The notes under the pieces are model-generated. The model did no database searches and had not been told where the DNA came from. It worked only from the letters and a program-made list of their open reading frames with translations. The position numbers and the translations under genes were made by a program. Shown piece by piece: positions 37,152 to 49,624 of a DNA stretch of 64,000 bases (positions are counted from its first letter, which is position 1; each line of letters starts with the position of its first letter). The DNA is taken from the NCBI GenBank assembly GCA_016748015.1, contig JAAOMT010000777.1:380246-444245 (forward strand). Direction: 5' to 3'. The stretch comes from Geosiphon pyriformis uo1. Lineage: Eukaryota; Fungi; Glomeromycota.

Positions 37152-37596
37152 TTCTTGATTTTTTAATCAATAAATTTAATTAAAACAAAATTTTTTTATA
37201 TAAATTTAATTATATTGTAAATTATTATAAATTAAGTTATTTTTTTAAAATGCTTTCTTAAATGTAGTTTAAAAATTATTTATTAATATATAACATAACT
37301 ATTTTTTATATTAAATACAATTTATGCATTTTTTTTACACATAATTAGTCACTTGTAAATTATTAATAATGAAAAATCCTATAAGGCAAACTTTGCTTGA
37401 TCAATTGGCTACAACAAAAAAAGCGGTCGGTCATGTGCTAACTATCTCCGATTGTAAATAGTGTGGTCGTCAGTATGAGTAAATATATCATTTTTTATTA
37501 AAACGTTCGGGTACATTACAAAAAACCACTCAAAAAGTGGTTAGGGTACTTTTGCCTTGGGGATCTTTTAAACGGCTTTTTTCTCCCTACATTCTA

Positions 37597-38221
37597 ATGT
37601 CCGAAAAACTGGCAAGAAAAGCAGTTGAAGATCTCTTGAAATATCGAACATCGATTCGGACTTTGCTTCCTATTTCTACTGAGGACACCCGTCAAAAAGT
37701 TTCTTCGAGTTCAAATGAAAACATCCAAAGTTTACATAAAACTTCTAAAACCATTAATAAGAATACTAAACTCCCACCAACTAAAACTGGACTCAAAAAG
37801 ATAAAGGATAAAAAACGAAGAGAGGCAATGCTCGCCGCTATTGAACACCGTAAAGAGGAAAAGGGACGTGTTAACCCTTTAGGTTTAAAATTTTTTATTA
37901 GAAATTCATTTTTTTCGCTGGTAATGAAACTGATCATTAAAATCTATTTAGAACAAATCCGGAAAGAAAAGGAAACTCGAAAGTTCAACTTAAAACACAA
38001 CTTGAACTATTTTAAATCCTCACAACTTGAATCCATCAAAGAAAAAGAATTGAAGAAAAAGGCATGTTTTTTCATTCATCTAATTTATTACAATATTTGG
38101 CTAATCGGTTATTTTTTAACAGATATTAGAGTTGCAATTGAAGGAAGAAAAATCCTTCGAGGCAACTTTTGAAAAGACATTAATGCCCAAGAAATCAAAA
38201 TTGATTGATATTACTTTTTAA
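37597..38221 (+). CDS. Basic, Lys-rich hypothetical protein (~164 aa, 3 exons); possibly nucleolar
   Basis: ATG 37597; GT-AG intron 37883-37951; GC-AG intron 38062-38122 gives in-frame last exon ILELQLKEEK..DITF*. Function not established. Confidence 0.65.
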
Positions 38222-39573
38222 GATCAACTTTTTTAATTGCTTCCAAAACTTGAGAATGTATTTTTGGATGCGAGGCAACAATTCCAGTATTCAATTTTAA
38301 CTTTCGACCAAGCGAGAAATCCAATGATTTGCCGTGAATGTCGGATAATATTCCACCCGCTTCTTGCACAAGGATGGCTCCTGAAGCGTGATCCTATAAA
38401 GATGAGCATGAAGCGTTTAGGAATCATTCAAAAAAATCCTTTTATTCCAAATTTATGATGTTATACAATAGTTTACATTACCCATATATTCTCTTCGTAA
38501 TCTACCCGCGTGGGTAAACGTAAATACACGTTCGCATCACCTCGGGATATTCCACAGTATTTGCATTGACTGTCCATACGAAGTGGTGGTTTTGTAATAC
38601 CAAGCAAGCTAGCAATTTGTGCAGCATTTTCATGTGATGAATGCTCAACTTCTACAGGCTCGCAAAATATAGCATCTGAAACAGAACTAATATCCGCAAA
38701 ATTAATTGGCGATTCATCTGGAGATGATAGGCTTCGCTATCAAGTATCGGAGAAAATGAATTAAATACATGAAACAATTAGAAAAAGAGATTCCATTTTC
38801 TTACCTGAAAAGCTCCTTGGTTGTTGACCGCCACAAACAAGCATCCCTTTTCACCCTCAGGATTTTTAAAGTCGATCGGAAAATTGGGACAGCCCATTAC
38901 CCCTAGTTCAACTCGCCCATTTATAATTAGCGCTAGACATATAGCAAATTGCTGTCCGCGAAGAAACCCTTTAGTCCCGTCAATTGGATCCACCGTCCAC
39001 ATGCCTATAAATATCTTGAATTTGACTAATTATCTTTCATGTTTAGGAACGAGAGGCTTTCTGAAACATACGTCCTTTGACTCCTCCAGGATGATTTCCT
39101 CGATCAATTGTTTGCAGCAACTGATGATTAAGAAAGTTTCCGTGAAAGATTTTTTTTATAGTTTGATTTAACGTGACACATATATACTGACTTTCTCTTC
39201 ATCTAAAGGCGAATCCAATACAGAATTGGTTAATTCAAGAACTTTCTGTCGAAGGGTCGTGGCTGAGTCACTTCGCAAATCTTCAGAATCTTCTTCCCCC
39301 ACGATCAGATCATCAGGAAAAGATTCTTGTAAAACTGTATTCACCACAGCTTGTGCGCTAAAGTCAGCAACTAAGATTATAGGGGCAGGATATAAGATCA
39401 AAATTCTTTACCCTTAACTCATTTCATTAGCTATTATTACTTGTAACTGGAGATTTGTCTTTTTTGGTAATTTTCTCAGCTGTCACCAATTGACGAAAAA
39501 CGCTCTGGCACACTTTGCTTGCTTGAAGAACGGCATGAATTGCAACAGAACGTTCCGCAAGAAAAGCTGTCAT
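38211..39573 (-). CDS. MET22: 3'(2'),5'-bisphosphate nucleotidase (HAL2/MET22 family), multi-exon
   Basis: KKDKSPVT-ADFSAQA, VGEEDS, WTVDPIDGTKGFLRGQQFA, MDSQCKY, EENIW-DHASG..EAGG motifs with canonical introns. Confidence 0.95.
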
Positions 39574-39731
39574 GATAGAAGAATGCGAATTTTTTTCGTG
39601 ATCGTCGTATGACGTATTAGTTAAATTATTATCTAACTATTGTCGATCTCAGCCTCTATATAATATACCTGTTGAAAGAACGCGACAAAATTTTTTTTAT
39701 GAGAACCAAAAAATATTAACTATTAGTTTTC
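39574..39731. promoter_or_regulatory. 158-bp bidirectional promoter between MET22 and CENP-A
   Basis: Divergent ATGs at 39573 and 39732; SCB-like TTTCGTG 39594-39600; MCB-like ACGCGA 39680-39685. Confidence 0.6.
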
Positions 39732-40631
39732 ATGGCACGACCTCCATCTCAATCTTCTCCAACACGAGCGTCTAGCTCAAGGGCAGCTGGAGCTTCTCCC
39801 GCATTGAGCTCCACCCCAGGGTCACCAGCTTTCGCAACCACAAGGGCAACGAGGCGGAAATCTGCAATTAAAAAGTTACCCCCTCGAATGACAACTCCAT
39901 CACCAAAAACGCGACGTAAGTATTTACTTTCCTGCTTTATAAAAACGGCTCTAAACAGATAAATATAAAAGAGACCAGTTCGTTTTGCAACCAATCTTTA
40001 ACTCTTATTTTTGGACCTGCTTAATAGGTACTTCAAGTACTTCAAGTGGAACACCCAAAAAGCGTCGTTACAGACCAGGCACCGTGGCCCTAAGAGAAAT
40101 AAGAATATTTCAGAAAAGCACTCACCTGTTAATACGAAAATTGCCTTTTGCAAGAGTAGTAAGTAAATTTATCGTTATTAGTTCACCGGTACTATTTAAT
40201 GGCTTTTAAAAATGGAACGCGTCAGGCGTGTTGGATGGGATATTTAGATTAATAAAATATCATAAAATTGTATACCACAAAGATTCCGATCCGATTTCCC
40301 TTCAACACAATTAACTCAAAATTATCCCTACTCTTAATTTAGGTGCGGGAGATAGCTCAAGAATTTGTCACCGAAAGTCTGGAGTTGCGATGGCAAAGTG
40401 CTGCTATAATGGCGTTGCAAGAAGCAACGGAAGCTTATCTTGTACATTTATTTGAAGACGCGTAAGTACTATGCATTCAAACATATTATAGATTCATAGT
40501 TAACGAGTCTTCACACAACCGGGTCATTTTCTAGCAATCTTTGTGCCATACATGCCAAACGTGTGACCATTATGCAGAAAGATCTTCAGCTTGCTAGACG
40601 AATTCGTGGCCTCTGGGGCGGTCTCGGTTAG
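39732..40631 (+). CDS. CSE4: Centromeric histone H3 variant CENP-A/Cse4 (4 exons)
   Basis: Exons 39732-39915, 40028-40158, 40343-40461, 40535-40631 splice in frame; non-H3 N-tail, [13 protein letters not shown], longer loop 1 with LRWQS, ends [14 protein letters not shown]. Confidence 0.92.
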
Positions 40632-42024
40632 AGATTATCAGTGCGGTTACATTTGTTAAAATTCCTTTCTATTCATTCGAAATCGGCATAATTATTACGT
40701 CGAAAATTCCTCGATTTTTATTTGTCTTCCCAGATTCGGAGCGTTTTCAAAAAAATGACATGGACTTCTTGCTGGTATGAGAGAAACCTTTTATGGTTTA
40801 CTCTTAGAATGACTTAAGGATTTCTTTTATTCTTTTAGCAAAAATTTCTTGTAATTATGAAATTTTTGCTCTTTCAAACCCCTCATAGATGATTTCTATT
40901 TCCATAATTGTAAATATTTCACTAGCTTAATATAATAAACAAAGTTTGAACCTCAGCCAGTTTTCCAGTCTCTCAAATTGATTTCTTTAACTGACAGAAT
41001 TGGTTTGATATCTTACCAATTACAATCAACTGAAATAAGTCCAAAAATGAGCTGTTGATCAAGCTTCTATTAGTAACATTTTTTCTTGAAATTCGGTCGA
41101 TATACTCAACTAGTGTAAACCTTATTTAGTTGCAAAAATAGGTACCGCATTCTTTCAGCAAATTGTACCCCGGGCCTCGCATTCTCAGTGGCTAAAAATT
41201 GATCAGATGAAAGGATAATTTAAAATGGGGAGTTCGTGTAAGGGGGTCTAGTCAATTTATTAGCAAAAATAATATTGTGCCAATATTTTGTTGTCAATTT
41301 TGTTTGCCTTATCGTTGTTTTTGCCAATTTAACTTAGAAATTTAAGGTCCAGAAATCCTAATTTCCAAAGGCAATATTGCGCTCAGCTCTTACAATTTTT
41401 CCCTGATTAGTCCTAGGGTACAAATCATGGGGACTTTATTAAGGGGCACAGAAACTTTTTTGTGATCTTATGACCAAACCTTCAATTGGAACAGATCGGA
41501 GGTTCGCAATTATCATCCCTCGAATTGTCTTTTTTGTACAAATTTGAGAAGCTTCTACACTACGGCATCTTCCGAAATAATTGGTTTCTAGAATTTGTTG
41601 TGTTACTATACAGGTTTAAAAAGTTATGATTGGCAGGAAATCAAGATTCTCATCTAGATTGTTTTTAGTAAGCTCAGTAACCCAATATTTTTAATTTTGA
41701 ATTCACCAACTTTTAATTGCAATCATAAATGCCAAATTAGAATATTGGCGTTAAGTGCTTTGGAATATGATTAACGTTTAAATGTTGAAAATATTTGGCT
41801 TCAGCCTATTAAGAGAATAGTCGATTCTGCTGAATCAAGTGCATTGTCCCCTTGAAATTAATAATTTATAATTTATTACGACTTAAAAGGATTACAATTC
41901 ATCATCTTTGTGGCCTGTTAATTGCTTTTTTGTCATACCAAGAAATCTCTTAAGACTACAGTCACGGACGCGTTTTATGTTCAAGAAATACACTTTTAAC
42001 TGAACATCTTTTCTAAAACTCATA

Positions 42025-45000
42025 ATGGCGGCTACCGAACAAGGGGGTATCGTTTCTGGACACAACCCCGCCGAAGTGAATGCGAAAAATCCTCTTTTAT
42101 TATTTATTATACAGGTAACTAAAGTCGATATAAAACACGTCTCTAAATTTTACGTGCATTTGCCTCAGGGTAATTGAGTTGTTTCCACAACAATTCCACT
42201 TCCCTCTTTTTAATTCTTTCAGACAGTCATTATAATATGCGTTACGCGTGGATTAAATCTTGCCCTCTCCCGTTTTCGTCAACCGCGAGTAATTTCTGAG
42301 GTTTTGGGAGGAATTATTCTCGGCCCTTCAGTCTTCGGACAGATCCCTCATTTTATGGACAATATTTTTCCCGCGGCTTCACTTACATATTTAAATCTAG
42401 TAGCAAATTTGGGATTGGTTCTCTACCTCTTTTTGGTTGGGGTGGAATTGGATTTGAAATTATTGACGAAAAGAATTAGAGTCTCCTTAACCATCTCAAT
42501 TGCTGGAATGGTTTTGCCCTTTGCTCTTGGTGCTGCTGTTAGTTATGGCTTGTATAATGTCAATAACTTGCCAAATGTTACTTATGGCAATTTCTTGCTG
42601 TTCATGGGAGTCGCAATGGCTATTACGGTAAGTAAAATGAATTTAATTGAGCCGGATCACAAATTGTTATTTTAGACCATTCCTCATAACTTTTTTAAAA
42701 AATAGGCCTTCCCCGTGCTTGCGCGTATCATTACTGAACTTAACCTTCTTAAGACAAAGGTTGGTCTTACCGCCTTATGTGCTGCAGTAGGCGATGACGT
42801 CGCTGCTTGGATTTTGCTTGCCTTGACTGTCTCCATAATAAATTCAAGCAATAGCCTCACCGCCTTATATGTCTTTATGCTTGCGATTGGGTGGACTGTG
42901 GTTGTATTTGTTATTATCAGACCCATATTCCTAAAACTCATTGTGGCGACTAACAGTAATAATACTGGTCCCTCTTTGACAATGATGGCATTAACTTTGT
43001 TATTAGTGCTAACATCAGCATTTGTAACTGAAGCGATTGGAATACATTTTATATTTGGCGGATTTATGGTTGGTGTTATAATTCCGCATGATGGTCGTTT
43101 CGCGTTAGGAGTTACCGAAAAGCTTGAGGATTTAATCAGTATTCTATTCTTGCCAATTGTAAGTACATTTCAAAAACCCTAGGTCCTGTCGAAAATTTTA
43201 TCATTCTATCTAATAACTTGCAAAATCCCTCCAGTACTTTGCACTTTCTGGGCTTAAAACTAAAATTGGACTTTTGAATGATGCTACTGCTTGGGGTTAC
43301 GTTTTTCTTGTGATATTTGTTGCTATGACTGGTAAAATAACTGGTGTCACCACTGTTGCCAGACTTAACAAGATGTCGTGGAGAGAATCCTTCACTATTG
43401 GAATCTTCATGAGTTGCAAAGGGTATGAATTTATTAATCCCATAAGCTATATTATGATATTCTAAATTTTTCTAAACCAATTTCATTTTATAATATATAG
43501 TTTGGTTGAGCTGATTGTACTGAACATTGGTCTTGAGGCCAAAGTCATCAGCGAAAAGGTATTTGCCATTATGGTCGTTATGTAAGTAAAAAATACCGAA
43601 TGATTTAAAATTATCAGTCAGAACCACAAGTTAATTTGGTACCCTTCCTTTTGGTATAGGGCTATTGTGACAACATGCCTTACAAGCCCCCTTGCACTAT
43701 GGGTATATCCTAAGAAATACCACAAAGCTGAAGGGCTTACTCATCTCGATGAAGAAAAGAGTGGAAAGACTTTAGCCGTTGATTCTCGAACTTCAGAAAC
43801 TACAGTACAAGAAAAACCCAGACTCCGCAAGTTATTAGTAGTCTTGAATCAAATTGAATATCTCCCGGCCATGATGACATTAATTCAACTTTTGAGACCC
43901 TCGCGAACAACGACGAAACCTATACCGCAACAAAACGGCGAAAAGGGAGAAAACTTAAAAGCTGATACTATCTTTACTTCAGCAAGCCCAGAAGCCATTA
44001 CAATTAATGCTTTGAGACTCATTGAACTTACTCAACGTACCACTTCTATCATGCAATTATATGAAACGGAAGAAACGGTTCTTCTTGATCCTATAATGAA
44101 TGTTTTCCGTACATTTGGGCAATTAAGTTTCATCAATGTAAAAGCAAACCTCGCCGTCTTGAGACTTGATGAATTTTCAGAGCAAGTGGCCCAAAGTGCT
44201 GAAGATACCTCCTCAGACATGATTATCATACCATGGGCTGGTGCTGGTACTATCATCCAAGATCCTTCCAATACACACGATATTATTTTAGGGTCACGTG
44301 AAGAAAAAAACACGAGTCCACAGGTCGCGAATTTCATCCAAGGTGTTTTCAGTCATGCTCCAACAAACGTAGGAATATTCGTTGATCGAGGGTTAGGTTT
44401 ACTCCCGAAAGTAATAGACAAATTAGATGAAAATTCATCCTCCCTTAACATCAAAGTCTTTTTACCATTCTTTGGTGGGGCTGACGATCGAGAGGCTTTA
44501 TCATTTGTTGTTCGATTACTCGACAATTCCAATGTCACAGCCGCTATATTAAGAATTCGAAAATCTGCAGAGCCAACAGAAAATGATACAATTCTATCTA
44601 ATACTCAATTAATAGAACATGATTCAGAAATCCCATTGCAGAAACCTACACTCTCGCATCAAATCTCCGCGGCTACTATACGTTCGACCCCTGATTTGAC
44701 TGCCAAAAAGAAGGCTTCCGAAGAAGCCGACCAGGCCCTTCTGACACAATACTTTGCAAATGGAAGGGGAAGTATAATATACAAATCGAGATTGACATAC
44801 CGTGAAATTGTTTCCGCAACTCCTTTACAGACAGCAATTCAACAAGCAAAGGACATTGTAAGTCGAAAAGATTTGGTTGTTGTTGGTCGGGGACGTGTTG
44901 ATTCTCTTATAAATCATCGCGAGGAATGGAGTGAAGTGATAAGAAAAATTGGGATGATGGGTTACGGAAGCGATAATCTAACGAGAAAATCACTTGGAGA

Positions 45001-45085
45001 TTTAGCAGAGGGTTTACTGGTGGGTGGTGTGCCCGCAAGTGTTCTCATCATACAAAGCTCAGGTTTTGACTTTGTAAAAAAATAA
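42025..45085 (+). CDS. KHA1: K+/H+ antiporter (CPA2 family), multi-exon
   Basis: RQPRVISEVLGGIILGPS, ITAFPVLARI, AAVGDDVAAW, MSCKGLVELIVLNIG and C-terminal PFFGGADDREAL; GT-AG introns. Confidence 0.93.
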
Positions 45086-47298
45086 TTTGAGCATTCTTAT
45101 TAAAGCAGGTTTAGAGAAACCATTCTCCCTTAATCACCTTGGTAATTTAGAATTTTTTATCTTGAACGAATTTTAATGTTTGTCCCGATTTTTATTTGTT
45201 TTTGTTTCATTTTATTGTACAAAACTTTAAATTCTTTTTTGTGCCACTTTTTCCTTACTATTCTCTTTGTATTTTTAATTTGTCTTTCGACCAAAAAAAA
45301 ATTTAGAACTTGGTTTCTAAAAAATCAAGCATTTTTTGGTAAAAAACTAAATCAAAAACAATCAAAAATTTTTTAAACTTTATATATTAAAATATATTAA
45401 TAAATATTTTTTTTAAAAAAATTTATTGTTAAAATTGTTTTTATATTTTAATGATGATTTTTTTAATTATAAAATATTTAAATTTTTATTAAATTAAACC
45501 TTTTTGTTTTTAATTATAACTTTTATGTTTATAACAATAATAATAAAAATTATTATTTTTGTTAATTTAATTAAGAAACAACAATTAAAAAGTTTTTTTA
45601 ACAATAAAAATAGATTTTTAAATATTATAAATTATACATTTTTTTTAAATATTGTTTATTAAAAAGCAAACCACATTATGTTTTAAATTTTATCTAATTA
45701 AAAAAATTAATAAAAACTAAAAAAAACTTTATCTTATTAATTTTTAAATTATAAAAAATACTTTTTCTATCTAGTATTTTTTTAAGCTATTTTTTTAATA
45801 AATTTTTATTTGCAAATTAGTATTTTTACCAAAAACATAGCCAAAAAAAGATAACAAAGAAGTTTATTTTGATGTAAAAAAATATTATTAAATAAAAATT
45901 TAGTAAATTAAATAAAAAGATTAGAAAGTTTAATATTAAAATATTATTATTAAAAAAGTTAAAATAAAATTAATTAGAAAAAATTTATAATATATTTAAA
46001 AAAATCTGTATTTTAAAATAATAAAGTAAATAATTTTTATTAGTAAAAAGTTTAATATTTAAAAACTTCTAATTAAGAAAACAAATTATATTTTAATTTA
46101 TTATTAGAGTTTAATGAGCAAGACCCAACCATTATCTAATATAATATGACTACATAGGGTCTTAAATTAGACGTAGTTCACGCATTTTCTACATGTAACC
46201 AGCTACTCAAGCCAGTTCAGGCTATACTATGTTGATGCATCAGAAGAAAACTTACCCAAAAATGACATCTTTTGAATAACAAAAAACAGAGTCGCACTAC
46301 AAGAAACCAATCCAACCAGCCATTTAGCTGTTTTTAAGGCATTAGCTTTAACATTAATAAGCTTATGTTTCCAAAGAAACAACAAGTTAGAAAACACCTC
46401 ATTATCCAAACCAATTAGATGCTCTGAATTACCAGACATATTAATATCCTCTATGCAGCATTCTTTTTTTAAAGAAACCACTTTTTTCTCCAACTTACCA
46501 ACAATCTTAATAAAAGAACCCATATGTACCATAACCTCATTGACCTTAAGGCCAAGTTTACTGCTTGAGACCAAATCTCCATTAATAAATTGCTCAAACA
46601 ATTTGACCAAGAAACCAACTGGTTTAACAATAGACTCAACCAAAGTAGAAAGCTTGACCAAATCAGATTCCAAAAAAGCCAACCGGGAAGACACTAAGGA
46701 ATCACCAACAACCATAAAAGAGGAAGTAAAAGCCACCAAGAGAGAAAACTCAGAAGAATCCAGAAAAGCAGAAGCTTTTGCATAAAAAACACCACCCACA
46801 AAACAAGACTTGAAAACCTTGGGAATCTTGGGAGTAGGAGGTGGGAAAATCTTGCAATCCACAACCAGATGGCCTATTTCTTGACACCTAAAGCAGCACC
46901 AGCAGCCAGGAGTTTCCCACCAGATACGGCATTTTTTTAGAGTATCAGTCTTGACTACAGCAGAATTCAAATCACCTTGAGAGACAAATGTAAACAAAGC
47001 AAACTGGGAATGATGACCAGAATCAGGAAAACAAGGGATAAAACATGTTTGACCACCAATCTGAGAAATCATATTACTGATCTCAAAGGCAGTACAGCCA
47101 GGGGGAAGATTGACCAATTTGGCCTTAAACTTATTACAAGACAAAATAGTCTCATTTTGATTCACCAAAGGAAGAATTCTAACACTATCCTTGTTCATTA
47201 AGACTGACCAATGCTTCAAGACAGACACAGCAGAGTCCAACTTTTCAAAATAAACCACCACATACTGCCAAATGCCAGCAGGTTTCAATACAACATGA

Positions 47299-48222
47299 TG
47301 TTACTCATAGAAATATAGGAAATATATTAGCATGATTATTAGCCAATCAGAAATAGGCGTAGTAAAATGTGGAATTCCAGGATTCCTCTCAGGAATTGCA
47401 GGATTCCAGGAATTCCAGGATTCTTTTCAGGAATTGCAGGATTCCAAGAATTTCAGGATTCCCCAATGAGGAATTGCAGGATTCCAGAATTCCAGAATTC
47501 CTCGCATAGGAATTGCAGGATTCTAGGAATTCCAGGATTCCTGTTGTGAAGAATTGAGGAATTAAGAAATCTCAATTATGTATATATAGCAGTAGAGTTA
47601 GAAACAGAAAAAACAGAATTGATATGACAGAATCCTTAACTTAGAAACACAATCATCAAATAAATAATTATTTTATATTGCAATCCACTCCTCCCTATCA
47701 ACACTTCATGTTGATAGTAATTAATACTTAACCATGCTGGAACAATAGCTCTTGATCACGGTTATTGATGAGATACTAATATACCAAATTGCCTTAGCTT
47801 CTTTTCTCTATTTCTCTTTATTTTATTTTCTTTATTTTATTTTCTTTATTTTATTTTCTTTCTTCTTTGATTTTATTGTGGTATACTAATTGATTAAAAG
47901 ATTAAGCACTGAGTTATTGACATCAAGGATAGCCTGGTAAAAGACCCAGAAATAAGGGTAGAATTTTATATATTATCAGATAGCTTATCAGAAAAACACG
48001 ACTGCTAGACTAAATCGGCTACCACACTGAGAAAGAAATTAGGAAAACTCTTGGAAAAATACATCTACTATCAACACTATTGAATCTCTGTCCATTATAC
48101 AAAGGACTCCAGCAAAACCTTCAAATACAACATTTACAGAACATTATCAATAGAAGTAGCTTTTGAGCACCAAGTTATGAGTTTGTTATTCGATTTAACC
48201 ACAGCAAAAATCACCTGTAACA
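47299..48222 (+). mobile_element. Solo LTR (924 bp) with 4-bp TSD
   Basis: TGTTAC...GTAACA ends; flanks ATGA/ACGA; removing the LTR plus one TSD restores the ORF (DNVTR-VVLKPAGIWQ); CCAAT ~47343 and TATATATA ~47581 suggest plus orientation. Confidence 0.9.
47370..47560. repeat. Tandem array of 8-9-bp GGAATT(C/G)CA / GGATTCCA units in the solo LTR
   Basis: Direct reading; units contain the palindrome GGAATTCC. Confidence 0.88.
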
Positions 48223-49624
48223 ACGAGTGACATTATCAAACACACTGAGAGCCAACTTAATGTCAGCAGCAAACACACCCAAAAGTACATTATGCAGCAC
48301 AACAGCAGCAGGAGAGAAGCCAGATTCAGAAATCACCAAAGACTTGGCAATTTTGAGAGTGGTCAAATGAATAGAGCTTGTAAGCTTAACTAGAAATGCA
48401 GCTTTCAAAGACAGTTGAAAAGCAAACTCCACACAGAAAAACTTCATATTGTTTTTTAAAACAGATTTAGCACCCAAGAAACCATGCACAGACTGAAAAA
48501 CAGTCTTAACATAAGCCAATTTAATCTTAAAAGTAGCACCAGACATCAGAGTGGAGGCCACCTACTCAGCAAACCTTTGACAACTAGTAATAGTTTCCCA
48601 AGCACCACCAGAAGTAGCACCAGAAACTAGAGGAGGAGATGAATCAGTTTTCATTTGATCAGCCCAGTTCTCAAAAACAGGTGACCCAACAGGAGGAGAT
48701 TGTTTTGTTTCTAAAACTGGCAATAATCTGCCAAAAGACACCACATTTGGCAACACAGCTAGTGGTTGATCTTGGCCCATCTTAGATGACATGCCAAATG
48801 ATGCTATGGAGATCTCATCTAAGATCTTATTGGGAACTACAAAGGGGTTCGGTGTAACAATAGCAAAAGCAAGCAACTGCCCCCACTTTTCTGAACTTTT
48901 GGTCTTTTTGATCATTTTTTTTGAAGAAAAAGTGCTAGCAGCACCAAATGTTGAAGCTATAGAGGGAAATACCAGCTTATTTACTGGTCTATTATTAAAA
49001 ACTTTTGGGCTCTTGGTTGAGATGAAGGCAACACTGGGACTAATCCAGGTGTGTCTCTTTGAGAGAACTTTGACTGGTGAGAAACCAGCCAAAGATGAGG
49101 AAGTTGCTTCAGTGGCTACCAAAAGCAGCTTATCACTATTACTGGGTAAGAAGAAGGCTTCTAAAATGTTTTGCCTAGTTGCTTTTACAACAGAGAGAGC
49201 TTCTCTGGTTGAAATTTTATTAGATATCTCAGGACAGATATCAGGTGCAGCTTTTTTACTCTTTGCTCTGGTCATGGTCATAAAATTAAGAAGACAAAGA
49301 GTTTTTTTTTTTTGGTATATTTTAAGCAAAAATAAAAAATAAAAAATTGTTAAACAGTTCAAAAAATTTGACTTTTAAAAACAATAAAATTAGCTTTATA
49401 TTATTAAAAACCAATATTATTATAAATAAAAAATTATTTAATTATTTTTATTAATAGTTAAAGTTTTTGAATTTTTTAAATTTTAAAAAATTATTGAATT
49501 TTTTATTTATATTTAAATTAAATCTAATTAAAAGAAAAACAATAATTGTTTAAAATAATATTATTCTAAATAAAAATCTTAAATATATAAATATTTATAT
49601 AAATTAAAAATAATTATAAAAAAA

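Larger units (their letters stand above)
46090..49330 (-). mobile_element. ORF1-only non-autonomous retroposon (HAL1-like) with LINE-type 3' tail, interrupted by a solo LTR
   Basis: ORF from ATG 49281 to stop 46227 (RRM-like segments, CFRCQEIGHLVVDC knuckle, coiled coil) followed directly by a 3' UTR matching 29160-29285 and an A-rich tail; no ORF2. Confidence 0.8.

Noticed and set aside
39732-40631. Canonical histone H3, or a centromere at this locus
   Set aside because: Lacks the ARTKQTARKS tail and has CENP-A features; the gene's location says nothing about centromere position.
40640-42020. tRNA or ncRNA in the CSE4-KHA1 intergenic region
   Set aside because: No cloverleaf or recognisable RNA motif found by eye.
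47370-47560. CRISPR-like or coding repeat (ORF 47367-47549)
   Set aside because: No unique spacers, eukaryotic context and located inside an LTR; the ORF is a by-product of the repeat.
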